From an uncultured Desulfobacterales bacterium (GTDB taxonomy: Bacteria > Desulfobacterota > DSM-4660 > Desulfatiglandales > HGW-15), in assembly GCA_964443135.1 (NCBI GenBank), contig CAYUBQ010000003.1, positions 62,174 through 126,173 on the forward strand: a stretch of DNA of 64,000 nucleotides. The letters are read 5' to 3'. The translations under genes and the position numbers were made by a program. The notes below the pieces were generated by a model. It saw only the letters and a program-made list of their open reading frames with translations. It ran no database searches and had not been told where the DNA came from. The number at the start of each line of letters is the position of its first letter. Within the stretch, counting starts at the first letter, position 1. Shown here piece after piece: positions 33,419-42,355 of this stretch.

Positions 33419-34591
33419 ATGCCGATAGCGGAACGAATGGTGGGTATGGTGGAAGGCTCTTCCATGATTCGAAAGATGTTCGAGGAGGGGGCCCGGCTCA
33501 AGGCGGAGCACGGAGCCGACAAGGTGTTCGACTTCTCCCTCGGCAACCCGGACCTCCCCCCGCCCCAGGCATTCAAGCGGGCGCTGGTGGAGCTGATCGA
33601 GGATCCTTCCACGAGCCACGGCTACATGCCGAACCAGGGGTACCCGCAGGTGCGGCAGACGGTGTCCGGCTACATCCGGGAGGAGTACGGGGTGGAGATC
33701 CCCCCCGAGCTGATCGTCATGACCGTGGGCGCGGCCGGCGCGCTCAACGACTCCCTGACCGCCCTGATCAACCCGGGGGAGGAGGTCCTCGTGCCGTCCC
33801 CCTACTTCGTGGGATACAACCAGTACGCCTTCCAGGCGGGCGCCGTGGTCAAGACGGCGGAGACGGACCAGGCGTTCCGGCCGGACTTCGAGGCCCTGGA
33901 GCGGGCCGTCACCGAGAGGACGCGGGTCGTGCTCATCAACTCGCCCAACAACCCCACGGGCGTGGTCTACACGGCGGACGAGCTGAAGGGGTTCGGCGAC
34001 CTGCTGGAGCAGGCCAGCCGCAGGTACGGGAAACGCATCTACCTCATCTCCGACGAACCGTACCGGAAGATCGCCTACGACGTGGAGGTGCCGTCCGTGT
34101 TTCAGGCCTACCCCCACTCCATCCTGGTCACCTCCTACTCCAAGGAGCTGTCCCTGGCCGGGGAGCGCATCGGCTACCTGGCCGTCAACCCGGCGGCCGA
34201 GGACGCGGCCCAGGTGGCGGCCGCAGCGGCGGTCTCGAACACCATGCTCTACGTCAACGCCCCCAGCCTGTTCCAGCTGGCCATCGCAAAGGTCATGGGA
34301 ATCTCCGTGGACGTCTCCATCTACCGAAGGCGGCGCGACCTTCTCTGTGAGGGGCTCCGAAAGGCGGGGTACGTGTTCGTGGAGCCGAAGGGGGCGTTCT
34401 ACCTGTTCCCCGAGACGCCCATCGAGGACGACGTGGAGTTCTGCCGAATCCTGATGGAGGAGCTCATCCTGGCGGTGCCGGGAAGCGGCTTCGGCAGGGG
34501 CGGCCATTTCCGGCTCTCCTACGCCGTGCCGGATCAGGCCATATCCGGCGCCATGGAGGGGTTTGTGCGGGCCGTGGACAGGGCGTCCTGA
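33419..34591 (+). CDS. Class I/II pyridoxal-phosphate-dependent aminotransferase (aspartate-aminotransferase-like)
   Basis: DFSLGNPD, NSPNNPTG and SYSKELSLAGERIGY (PLP Lys) motifs. GGAGG RBS. Confidence 0.9.
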   Translation: MPIAERMVGMVEGSSMIRKMFEEGARLKAEHGADKVFDFSLGNPDLPPPQAFKRALVELIEDPSTSHGYMPNQGYPQVRQTVSGYIREEYGVEIPPELIVMTVGAAGALNDSLTALINPGEEVLVPSPYFVGYNQYAFQAGAVVKTAETDQAFRPDFEALERAVTERTRVVLINSPNNPTGVVYTADELKGFGDLLEQASRRYGKRIYLISDEPYRKIAYDVEVPSVFQAYPHSILVTSYSKELSLAGERIGYLAVNPAAEDAAQVAAAAAVSNTMLYVNAPSLFQLAIAKVMGISVDVSIYRRRRDLLCEGLRKAGYVFVEPKGAFYLFPETPIEDDVEFCRILMEELILAVPGSGFGRGGHFRLSYAVPDQAISGAMEGFVRAVDRAS

Positions 34592-34623
34592 TCGAAGACG
34601 ATCGCATCGGAGCGGTGAGTGGA

Positions 34624-34848
34624 ATGGACGCCGATCTCCTGCTGTCGGAGGCCGTCGAAGGCGTTCGGCGGAGGCACGGGCTCGGCCGACGGATCTGCCT
34701 GGGGTACGAGCGGCCTCCGGAGCGTTCGGTGGACGGGACCATGACCTGCCCGAGGTGCGGCGGTCTTCTGGACTACACCGTTTCCTCCTACGACGGCGCC
34801 ACCCGCGGTCGGTGCCGGACGAGCGGTTGCCTCCGCTGGACCGAGTGA
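34624..34848 (+). CDS. Small zinc-ribbon protein
   Basis: MDADLLLSEAVEGVRRRHG...CPRCGG...CRTSGC. A GGAG lies 11 nt upstream. An alternative GTG start is at 34615. Confidence 0.4.
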   Translation: MDADLLLSEAVEGVRRRHGLGRRICLGYERPPERSVDGTMTCPRCGGLLDYTVSSYDGATRGRCRTSGCLRWTE

Positions 34849-35011
34849 GATGCTACACCCGGACGGCGAGGGTAGGTCTCGAGATCTTCTCATGGTTCCC
34901 ATGGCTGCCTCCCTGCGTTCTTCCCGGTCCGTTCCGACCCTCACAGGCTGGTCTCGACGGGGCGCCGGGTCGAGATCGGGGCACTACCTCGAAAATCCCG
35001 CACGCTTTTCC

Positions 35012-35039
35012 TTGACAACGGGTCAAACAGGATTAAAAT
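35012..35039 (+). promoter_or_regulatory. Near-consensus sigma-70-type promoter
   Basis: TTGACA (35012..35017), a 16-nt spacer, then TAAAAT (35034..35039). Confidence 0.55.
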
Positions 35040-35224
35040 CCCCTCGGTCTTCGAGCGGTGAGTTCCGCGAACCCCGCGCCGGACGGTCGGATGGAGCCCT
35101 CCGACCCTTCCGCCGCCGGATCCGCGGAGACCGTTTCGAGCAACAGGTGCTCCCTTGGAGCCCGTGCACCCCGAACGTGACGGGGCGCATTCTCTATTTC
35201 GATGGAACTGAGGAGGAAAGAGCC

Positions 35225-35422
35225 GTGCTTTACTACACCAACCATCACCTGAATTTCGTCCGGTCTGCGTCGCAGGTCGGGCTCCCGGCCTCGGGCCGCT
35301 GCCCGTTCTGCCAGGACGAGCTGCCCGACTGCGACTGCGGCTGCGGCACCGCGGGCGGGCGGAAACGCGCCGCCGGAAACAGGGTCTCCAGGCGGCGGAC
35401 GGGGAGAAAGCGGCTGTTCTGA
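35225..35422 (+). CDS. 65-codon Cys-rich ORF with a basic tail (GTG start)
   Basis: (M)LYYTNHHLNFVRSASQVGLPASGRCPFCQDELPDCDCGCGTAGGRKRAAGNRVSRRRTGRKRLF. A GAGGAGG RBS lies 8 nt upstream, and a terminator follows. Confidence 0.45.
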   Translation: MLYYTNHHLNFVRSASQVGLPASGRCPFCQDELPDCDCGCGTAGGRKRAAGNRVSRRRTGRKRLF

Positions 35423-35460
35423 ACCGCACGGACGCGACGCGGGACATCGAGAGGACCCGA

Positions 35461-35487
35461 GGGCGGGATCAAGATCCCGCCCTTTTT
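35461..35487 (+). terminator. Rho-independent terminator
   Basis: GGGCGGGAT-CAAG-ATCCCGCCC followed by TTTTT. Confidence 0.8.
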
Positions 35488-35542
35488 CGTGGCAAGCGGG
35501 CACGGCCGAGCCGCCGCCGAAAGGATGCCGCGTGTTGCCGCG

Positions 35543-35571
35543 TTGACACGGGTCCGGGGGGCGGCTATCCT
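35543..35571 (+). promoter_or_regulatory. Sigma-70-type promoter candidate for the PLD gene
   Basis: TTGACA (35543..35548), a 17-nt spacer, then TATCCT (35566..35571). Confidence 0.45.
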
Positions 35572-35709
35572 TTCGGCAAGCCGTTGGTATCGGAGCGGTC
35601 CCGGGGGACGGAACGGAGCTGCAGTGCTTCTCGTCGCCTCACCGGGAGCGGAGGCGCCTCGGACGGCTTTCTCCGGGATGCCTTTCAAGAGACGGGTTCG
35701 AGGGGATCG

Positions 35710-37833
35710 GTGGACAGGGAAACCGAAAGCGGAAACGGCCGCATTGTCGAGCCGGGGCGAAACTGCTGGCGCACGGAGCGCGCGGAGCGGCTGGCGTTCA
35801 TCGTGGACGCGGCCGGCTACTTCGAGGCCTTCAGACAGGCGGCGAGCCGGGCCGAGAGGAGCCTCTACATCGCCGCCTGGGACATCAACAGCCGCACTCT
35901 TCTGGGGAAAGACGACGACAACCGGGAAGAGCTGGGCGACTTTCTGAACCGCCTGGCCGCCGGAAACCCGGACCTGGAGATTTCCATCCTGTCCTGGGAT
36001 TTTTCCGTGATCTACGTCTTGGAACGGGAGATCCTCCCGCTGTTCAACCTGGGGTGGAAGACCCACCCGAGCATCCGGTTCCGGATGGACGCGGAACACC
36101 CGGTGGGGGCCTCCCAGCACCAGAAGATCGTGGTGGTGGACGATGCGCTGGCCTTCTGCGGGGGCATCGACATCACCAAGAACCGCTGGGACACGCCGGA
36201 GCACCGGGCAAGGGATCCCAGGAGGGTGAACCCGGAAGGCAAGCCCTACCGGCCTTTTCACGACGTGCAGGCGGCCGTGGCGGGGCCGGCCGCCGCCGCT
36301 CTGGGAGACCTGTTTCGCGAGCGATGGCATCGCGCGACCGGGGAGGAGCTGAAGCCGCCGGCCGGCGGAGGAACCTCCCCCTGGCCGCAGGGGCTGCCAT
36401 CCGATCTCGACGACGTGAAGGTGGGCATCGCCAGGACCTACCCCGCCTACAAGGGAAACCCGGAGGTGCGGGAGGTGAAGGCGCTCCACGAGGATGCCAT
36501 CGCCTCGGCCCGCAGGACCATCTACATGGAAAACCAGTACCTGACCTCCCGCGCCGTGACCCGCGCCCTGTCCGAGAGCCTCTCGGCCCCGGATGGGCCC
36601 GAGGTCGTCCTGGTGCTGCCCGGGAGGAGCGACGGGTGGCTCGAGCAGAGCACCATGGACCACCTGCGGCGCCGGATCCTCCAGCACCTCCGCCGGGTGG
36701 ATCGAGGCGGGCGCCTGAGGGTCTACCAGCCGGTCCTCGACCGGTCCGGCACGTCTCCGGTGGTTCACGCCAAGGTCACGATCGTGGACGACCGGTTGAT
36801 CCGGGTGGGCTCCTCCAACCTCAGCAACCGCTCCATGGGGCTGGACTCGGAGTGCGACCTGGTCATAGACGCGGCGGGGGACCCCCGCGTCGAGGAGGCC
36901 GCGGTCGCGTTCCGGGATCGCCTGCTGGCGGAGCATTTGGGAAGGGAGCCCCGGGAGGTCCGGGAAGCCCGGCGGGAGAGCGGTTCCCTGATCCGGACCG
37001 TCGAGGACCTCCGGGGCGGTGAGCGAACCCTGGAACCTTTGAACATCGAGGAAGGCGGCTCCGTGGACGAGCCGGAGTTTCTGTCGGACATCCCGTTCGT
37101 GGACCCGGAGCGCCCGGCCGCGATCGAGGAGCTGACGGACCGGTTCCTGGCCGAAGAAGAGGAGGAGCCTTCCCGCTACCCGATCCTGGTCTACCTGTCC
37201 GTTCTCGGGGGGCTGCTGTTGCTCGCGGCGCTGTGGCGGTTCACCCCCATGGGGGACTGGTTGACGCGGGAGCGGATCCTCGCGCTGGGCGCCCTGCTCG
37301 AGGGCACCCTGGGCATGCCCCTGGGGGTGCTCGCCGCCTACGTAGTCGGCGGCTTGATCGTGCTGCCCGTCACCCTGCTCCACGCCGTAACCGGGGTGGC
37401 CTTCTCCTTCCCCCTGGGGTTTCTGTACGCCCTGTCCGGGTCCCTCCTGAGTGCGGCGGCCACCTACTGGATCGGGCGCCTTCTGGGCAAGGACGCCGTC
37501 CGGCGATTGGGCGGAAAGCGGCTCAACCGGATCAGCCGGCGGCTGGCGCGCCAGGGATGGCTCACCGTGGTGGTGGTCCGGAATCTTCCGGTGGCGCCCT
37601 TTTCCGTGGTCAACCTGATCGTGGGAGCGTCCAGGATCGGTTTCAAGGACTACCTCGTGGGCACCGCCCTCGGAATGGCGCCGAGCATCCTGGCGATCAC
37701 CATCTTTGCGGACCGGCTCTTCCGCCTGATCCGAGAGCCGTCCTGGGGGAACCTCGCCTGGGCCGGCCTCGTGATGGTCTTCCTGGGCGGCGCCGCCTGG
37801 TGGTTGAAGTGGCGTCTCAGGCGCAGCAGCTGA
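35710..37833 (+). CDS. Phospholipase D-family protein (two HKD motifs) fused to a DedA/VTT-type membrane domain
   Basis: HQKIVVVDD and HAKVTIVDD..GSSNLSNRS HKD motifs, then a multi-TM C-terminus (VRNLPVAPFSVVNLIVGAS). Start set at GTG 35710 after GAGGGGA. The longest ORF starts at TTG 35584, but that lies only a few nt after the predicted TSS. Confidence 0.85.
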   Translation: MDRETESGNGRIVEPGRNCWRTERAERLAFIVDAAGYFEAFRQAASRAERSLYIAAWDINSRTLLGKDDDNREELGDFLNRLAAGNPDLEISILSWDFSVIYVLEREILPLFNLGWKTHPSIRFRMDAEHPVGASQHQKIVVVDDALAFCGGIDITKNRWDTPEHRARDPRRVNPEGKPYRPFHDVQAAVAGPAAAALGDLFRERWHRATGEELKPPAGGGTSPWPQGLPSDLDDVKVGIARTYPAYKGNPEVREVKALHEDAIASARRTIYMENQYLTSRAVTRALSESLSAPDGPEVVLVLPGRSDGWLEQSTMDHLRRRILQHLRRVDRGGRLRVYQPVLDRSGTSPVVHAKVTIVDDRLIRVGSSNLSNRSMGLDSECDLVIDAAGDPRVEEAAVAFRDRLLAEHLGREPREVREARRESGSLIRTVEDLRGGERTLEPLNIEEGGSVDEPEFLSDIPFVDPERPAAIEELTDRFLAEEEEEPSRYPILVYLSVLGGLLLLAALWRFTPMGDWLTRERILALGALLEGTLGMPLGVLAAYVVGGLIVLPVTLLHAVTGVAFSFPLGFLYALSGSLLSAAATYWIGRLLGKDAVRRLGGKRLNRISRRLARQGWLTVVVVRNLPVAPFSVVNLIVGASRIGFKDYLVGTALGMAPSILAITIFADRLFRLIREPSWGNLAWAGLVMVFLGGAAWWLKWRLRRSS

Positions 37834-37850
37834 CCGGGGGGGGGAATCGG

Positions 37851-38558
37851 ATGCCCGGGGCGGAGAAGGACCTCAACACGACCTGCCTGAGGCTGGCGAC
37901 CTACAACATTCACCAGTGGGTCGGAGGGGACGGGCGGGCGGACATCGAGCGGGTCCTCTCGGTCATCCGGTCCCTCGACGCGGACCTGATCGCCCTCCAG
38001 GAACTGCTGCTCCCCTGGGAGGGGTTCACCCAGGAGGATCTGGCCCGTGCGACCTGCATGCAGGTCATTCCCGGCCGAACGCTCTATCGGGGTGACGCGG
38101 ATTACGGGAACGCCGTCCTGACCCGTCTGCCGGTGCGGACCACGTGCTCTCTGGAGCTCACGGTCCCGCCGTTCGAGCCCAGGGGCGCCCTCTGCGTGTC
38201 TCTGCTCGCCGGGGACGTCCCGGTCAAGGTCGTCGCCACCCATCTGGGGATGCGGCAACGGGAGCGCCTCCGCCAGCTGGAGGCCCTGATGCCGGAGCTG
38301 GAGACGCCCGAGCAGGTCGTGGTCATGCTGGGCGACATCAACGAGTGGATCCCGCGAAGCCCCGTGCTCGGAAGGCTGCGGGCCGCTTTCGGGCCTCATC
38401 CGGCCCCCAGGACCTTTCCTTCCCGCTTCCCCCTGCTGGCCCTGGACAGGATCCTGGCCAGGCCGCCGGCGTTCGACCGGTTTCCGTGTGCGGTCAGGAC
38501 CGCTCCGGCGAGGGCCGCCTCGGATCACCTGCCCCTGGAGGCGATCCTGCGGGTTTGA
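37851..38558 (+). CDS. Endonuclease/exonuclease/phosphatase (EEP) family protein
   Basis: LRLATYNIH, DLIALQE, GDINEW and SDHLPL motifs. Confidence 0.85.
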   Translation: MPGAEKDLNTTCLRLATYNIHQWVGGDGRADIERVLSVIRSLDADLIALQELLLPWEGFTQEDLARATCMQVIPGRTLYRGDADYGNAVLTRLPVRTTCSLELTVPPFEPRGALCVSLLAGDVPVKVVATHLGMRQRERLRQLEALMPELETPEQVVVMLGDINEWIPRSPVLGRLRAAFGPHPAPRTFPSRFPLLALDRILARPPAFDRFPCAVRTAPARAASDHLPLEAILRV

Positions 38559-38632
38559 ACCCGGGCCCGGAACGGCTGCAAGGGCGGGGCGCATTCGTCA
38601 GGAGCGGCCGTGGAGATGAAAGGAGAGATCCC

Positions 38633-39880
38633 TTGGGCAAAAGGAACGGCGACCAGAACAATGGACCGGGCCCGTCCGGGGAAACGGGGAGGACCGAACC
38701 CTCCGGGGCGTTCCAGGCCCACGACGGGCTGGGCCGGGTGTTGCCGCCGATCCTCTTTCTCACCCTGATCTTCTTCGTCCATTTCCTGGCCCGGCAGCTC
38801 CTCGGTCCCATGCTCCCGGCCATGGAGCGCGATCTCCGGATCAGTCACGCGGTGAGCGGGCTGTTCATCCTCGTGATGGGGGTGGGGTTCTTCCTGAGCC
38901 AGCTCACCGCGGCCTTTCTGACGGCCCGGTTCGGTTACCGCGCCTGCATCGTGGTCTCCCTGTGGGGGGCCGCCGCGGCCATGGCCGGGGTCGGGCTCGT
39001 GGGCTCGGTCTGGGCCCTGTTCGTCGGGTTTTTCCTCCTGGGCGGTACGGGGGGTTTCTACGTGCCTTCGGGCATCGCGCTGATCAGCGTTCTGGTCCAC
39101 CCACGGGACTGGGGAAAGGCCATGGGCATCCACGAGCTCGCCCCGAACCTGGCCCTCATCGTGGCTCCCTTCTTCGCCACCATGGTGATGGGGCTGGCGT
39201 CGTGGCGCTGGGGGTACCTCTCCCTCGCCGGGTTCCTGGCGGTCACCGGGGCGGTCTACGCGAGACGCGGCGTCGACGCCGCGGCCCGGGGCTCGACCCC
39301 CGACGTCCAGCGGATCCTGGAGATTGCGAAAAACCCGGCCTTCTGGGGGCTGGCCGGGCTCCTCAGCCTGGCGGTCGGCGTGGAAACCGGGGTGTACGCG
39401 GTGCTCCCCCTGTTCCTCGTGAACGAGCGGGGCTTCGATCTCGCCGAGGCCAACCGGATCCTGGGCCTGTCCCGCATCCCGGGTCTGGCGGTGGTCCTTC
39501 TCTCGGGCTGGATCACCGACCGCTTGAGCCCGAGGATCACCCTGCGCCTGGCGCTGGGGGTGACCGGGGTGACCATCGTGGCCTTGGGGCTCGGACCTCG
39601 CGACATCGCCGTCCCCGCGGTGTTCGCCCAGGCCGCGGCCGCGGCCTGCCTGTTCCCCCCGATCCTGTCGGCGGCCTCGGGCATTTCGACGCCGGAAAAC
39701 AGGGCCCTCACCATCTCCCTGAGCCTGGCGGTGGCCCCCGTTCTCGGGGGCGGGCTCGTTCCGGCCGGGATCGCCCTGGCCGGCGACCTGGGCTCGTTCG
39801 GGCTGGGGCTGGCGGGGGCGGGCGTTCTGGTCCTGGCGGGCACGGCCCTGGTTCGCTCGCTGAATCGCGGAGCGGGTTGA
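38633..39880 (+). CDS. MFS transporter (12-TM type)
   Basis: Repeated TM helices throughout. TTG start after AAAGGAGAG. The track ORF extends upstream through GC-rich non-protein-like sequence. Confidence 0.8.
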   Translation: MGKRNGDQNNGPGPSGETGRTEPSGAFQAHDGLGRVLPPILFLTLIFFVHFLARQLLGPMLPAMERDLRISHAVSGLFILVMGVGFFLSQLTAAFLTARFGYRACIVVSLWGAAAAMAGVGLVGSVWALFVGFFLLGGTGGFYVPSGIALISVLVHPRDWGKAMGIHELAPNLALIVAPFFATMVMGLASWRWGYLSLAGFLAVTGAVYARRGVDAAARGSTPDVQRILEIAKNPAFWGLAGLLSLAVGVETGVYAVLPLFLVNERGFDLAEANRILGLSRIPGLAVVLLSGWITDRLSPRITLRLALGVTGVTIVALGLGPRDIAVPAVFAQAAAAACLFPPILSAASGISTPENRALTISLSLAVAPVLGGGLVPAGIALAGDLGSFGLGLAGAGVLVLAGTALVRSLNRGAG

Positions 39881-39883
39881 GGC

Positions 39884-41362
39884 CTATCGATTCGTGCGGC
39901 GTCTCGTGCGGCGGCGATCCAGGTAGAGTGCAACCACGGCCAGCAGGGTCGCCGCGGCGATGATCAGGGCGGCGGTCCGGTAGACCCCGGAGAGACCCGC
40001 CACGAGCGCAGGGGCGGGGGCCTCGGCCACATCGGTCAGGCCCGGGATCCCGGCTGAGCCCACCACCCAGGCCGTGAAGGCGGCGCCGGCGAGGGGGATG
40101 CCGGTGGTGTGCCCCAGCGTTCGGGAGAGGGTCATCAGGCCGGACGCCAGGCCGAGGCGGCGCTGCGGCACCGCCCCCATGATGGCGCTGTTGTTGGGAG
40201 ACTGGAACAACCCCATCCCCGCACCGAGCGGAACCAGCCGCAGGGCCGTGCCGAGCATCCCCACGTCCTGGTTCAGACCGCCGATGCCGAGACAGCCCCA
40301 GACGCATACGATCAATCCCGCCACGGAAACCCCGCGTGACCCGAACCGGTCGGAGAGCGATCCGGCGAGCGGGGCCACCAGTCCCATGCTGAGCGGGATG
40401 ATCATCATCAGGAGACCCACGACCTCGGGACTGAACGCCTTGACCTTCTCCAGGTAGAACGGCAAGGTGAACGAGGCGCCCACGACGATGAAGACGAGCC
40501 ATCCCATCAGCAGGTTGATGCTGAAGAGCCGGTTCCGGAAGACCTCCAGGTCCACCATGGGCGCGGTCAACCGTCTCTCTACAGAGACAAAGGCGACGAG
40601 AAGCAGGGCGGCCGTCGAAAGGAGGCCCAGACTTCCCGCGTGACCGAAACCCAGGCGTTGTCCCAGGGTCATGCCCAGCGCGTACGTCCCCATGAGGAAG
40701 AGGACCAGCACGGCGCCGGTGAAATCGAACCCCTGGCCTTTTCCTTCCCCGGGGGTCGAGGGAACGAAGCGGAGGGTGGCCCACACGGCCAGGACCCCCA
40801 CGGGGATGTTGACCAGGAAGACGCTCCGCCAGCCGAGGGTTCCGATCAGGACGCCCCCGAGGGCCGGTCCCGCGGCCAGGCCGACGGAGACGGTGCCGCC
40901 GATGAGCCCCATGGCCTTGCCCCGCTCCGAGGAGGGAAAGGACTCGGTCACGATGGCCGCTCCCAGGGCCTGGGTCACGGCCGCACCCAGCCCCTGGAGC
41001 ATGCGGAACCCGATCAGCCAGTACACCCCGGGGGAGAGGCCGCACAGGAGGGACCCCAGGGTGAAGAGGGACAGGCCCCCGGCGAAAAGGGTCCGCTTTC
41101 CCCACATGTCGCCGAGCCGGGCCACGCTCAGGGTCATGGACGTGACCACGAGGACATAGCCGAGGATCACCCACTGGATGGTGGCGAAGTCGGTCCGAAG
41201 CTCGGTCACCAGGGTGGGCAGGGACACGTTGACGATGTTGACGTCCAGGGTGGCCATCAAGATGCTCAACCCGACCGCGGTCATGACGCCCCACTTGCCG
41301 GAGGCGGCGGTCCTTGTCGGATCGCCTTCTCGAGCCGGGCGGTTTTGCGCCGGTTTTTCCAT
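39884..41362 (-). CDS. MFS transporter, DHA2 (EmrB/QacA-like, 14-TM) family
   Basis: LDVNIVNVSLPTL, GRLGDMWGKR-like motif A, and a length of about 492 aa with 14 hydrophobic segments. Confidence 0.88.
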   Translation of the reverse strand: MEKPAQNRPAREGDPTRTAASGKWGVMTAVGLSILMATLDVNIVNVSLPTLVTELRTDFATIQWVILGYVLVVTSMTLSVARLGDMWGKRTLFAGGLSLFTLGSLLCGLSPGVYWLIGFRMLQGLGAAVTQALGAAIVTESFPSSERGKAMGLIGGTVSVGLAAGPALGGVLIGTLGWRSVFLVNIPVGVLAVWATLRFVPSTPGEGKGQGFDFTGAVLVLFLMGTYALGMTLGQRLGFGHAGSLGLLSTAALLLVAFVSVERRLTAPMVDLEVFRNRLFSINLLMGWLVFIVVGASFTLPFYLEKVKAFSPEVVGLLMMIIPLSMGLVAPLAGSLSDRFGSRGVSVAGLIVCVWGCLGIGGLNQDVGMLGTALRLVPLGAGMGLFQSPNNSAIMGAVPQRRLGLASGLMTLSRTLGHTTGIPLAGAAFTAWVVGSAGIPGLTDVAEAPAPALVAGLSGVYRTAALIIAAATLLAVVALYLDRRRTRRRTNR

Positions 41363-41586
41363 TCCAGCTGTCCCTGCGTTCCATTGTACTTCGACGTCGA
41401 GAGAGATCGTTCCGTGCCCGAGCCTTCGGCCGGCGGGCACGGCCCGCAGAGGACGGTGGGCTTTCTTCACGGGTTAGGTGCCTTATATCCGGGACCACTT
41501 CGTTCGGCCAGGGTTTTTCGAATCGGGCGTTCCTCGAGGGGAACTTGGGCGGCGCGGACCCGCAGCCCGCGTGCGGCCGGGATCGC

Positions 41587-41615
41587 TTGACCTCTGCAGC
41601 CCTTCGTTCTATCAT
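41587..41615 (+). promoter_or_regulatory. Sigma-70-type promoter candidate
   Basis: TTGACC (41587..41592), a 17-nt spacer, then TATCAT (41610..41615). About 80 nt upstream of the cNMP-binding gene. Confidence 0.4.
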
Positions 41616-41695
41616 CCACCGGTAGACCGAATCGCGGTATCCTCACGGCCGACGACGGAGGTCGTCCCCGTGAGTGGCGCCGGGAAAGGACCGAT

Positions 41696-42274
41696 ATGAA
41701 TCGGGTGAGTTTTCTCAGCCGCGTTCCGCTCTTCGCCCTTCTCCAGGAGGAGGAGCTGGAACGGCTTGCCGAGCAGACCGAGGAGCACCACGTGAAGGCC
41801 GGGACAATCGTCATCCGCGAGGGCGACCTCGACCGCCGGATGTTCATGATCGTCAGCGGCCGGGCCTCCGTGGTCATCGGGCTGGGTACCTCGAAGGAAC
41901 GCACCCTGGTGGAGCTGTGGCCGTACAGCTACTTCGGGGAAATGGCCCTGATCGACGACCTGGTGAGATCCGCCAGCGTGCTGACGCTGGAGGAAACCTT
42001 CCTCCTGAGCCTTCAGGCCGACACCCTGCTGGATTCCATCGGGAGCCATCCAAGCCTCGCCATGGAGCTTCTCCAGACCATGAGCCGCCGGGTCCGGGCG
42101 CTGGAGAAGAGCCTGATGAACAACCTGGGCGGCCTCCTCCCCATCTGCGCCAACTGCAAGAAGATCCGTGACGAGAGCGGTGCGTGGGTGCCCATCGAGA
42201 CGTTCATTCGCGACCGCTCGGACGCCGAGTTCAGCCACGGCATCTGCCCCGGGTGCCGGGAGATCCTCTACTGA
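41696..42274 (+). CDS. Cyclic-nucleotide-binding domain protein with C-terminal CxxC...CxxC module
   Basis: cNMP-binding pattern (FGEMALID...RSASV), then PICANCKKIRDESGAWVPIETFIRDRSDAEFSHGICPGC. Confidence 0.85.
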   Translation: MNRVSFLSRVPLFALLQEEELERLAEQTEEHHVKAGTIVIREGDLDRRMFMIVSGRASVVIGLGTSKERTLVELWPYSYFGEMALIDDLVRSASVLTLEETFLLSLQADTLLDSIGSHPSLAMELLQTMSRRVRALEKSLMNNLGGLLPICANCKKIRDESGAWVPIETFIRDRSDAEFSHGICPGCREILY

Positions 42275-42355
42275 TCCTGTCGTTCAGGTTCCGGCAATCG
42301 TGAGGGAAAAACCCTTCTCGTAGAATCCCCCCGACTCGAGCAAAGGAGACCGCAA

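Noticed and set aside
35046-35224. Match of the orphan-unit leader to known riboswitches (cobalamin B12-box, guanidine-I/II, Mn, NiCo, fluoride)
   Set aside because: Only loose resemblances were seen: GGTGAGTTCC...CCCCGCGCC versus the cobalamin core, and a CCGG-ACGG-TCGG hairpin versus mini-ykkC. The obligatory conserved blocks are missing. It is left as an unknown leader.
34850-35422. 190-aa track ORF covering the whole orphan-unit region
   Set aside because: It reads through the promoter and leader with an Arg/Ser/Gly-rich translation. Only its last 65 codons, which follow a strong RBS, look plausible.
35245-37383. 712-aa minus-strand ORF
   Set aside because: It is antisense to the PLD gene, which carries two clear HKD motifs. 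Its translation is low-complexity.
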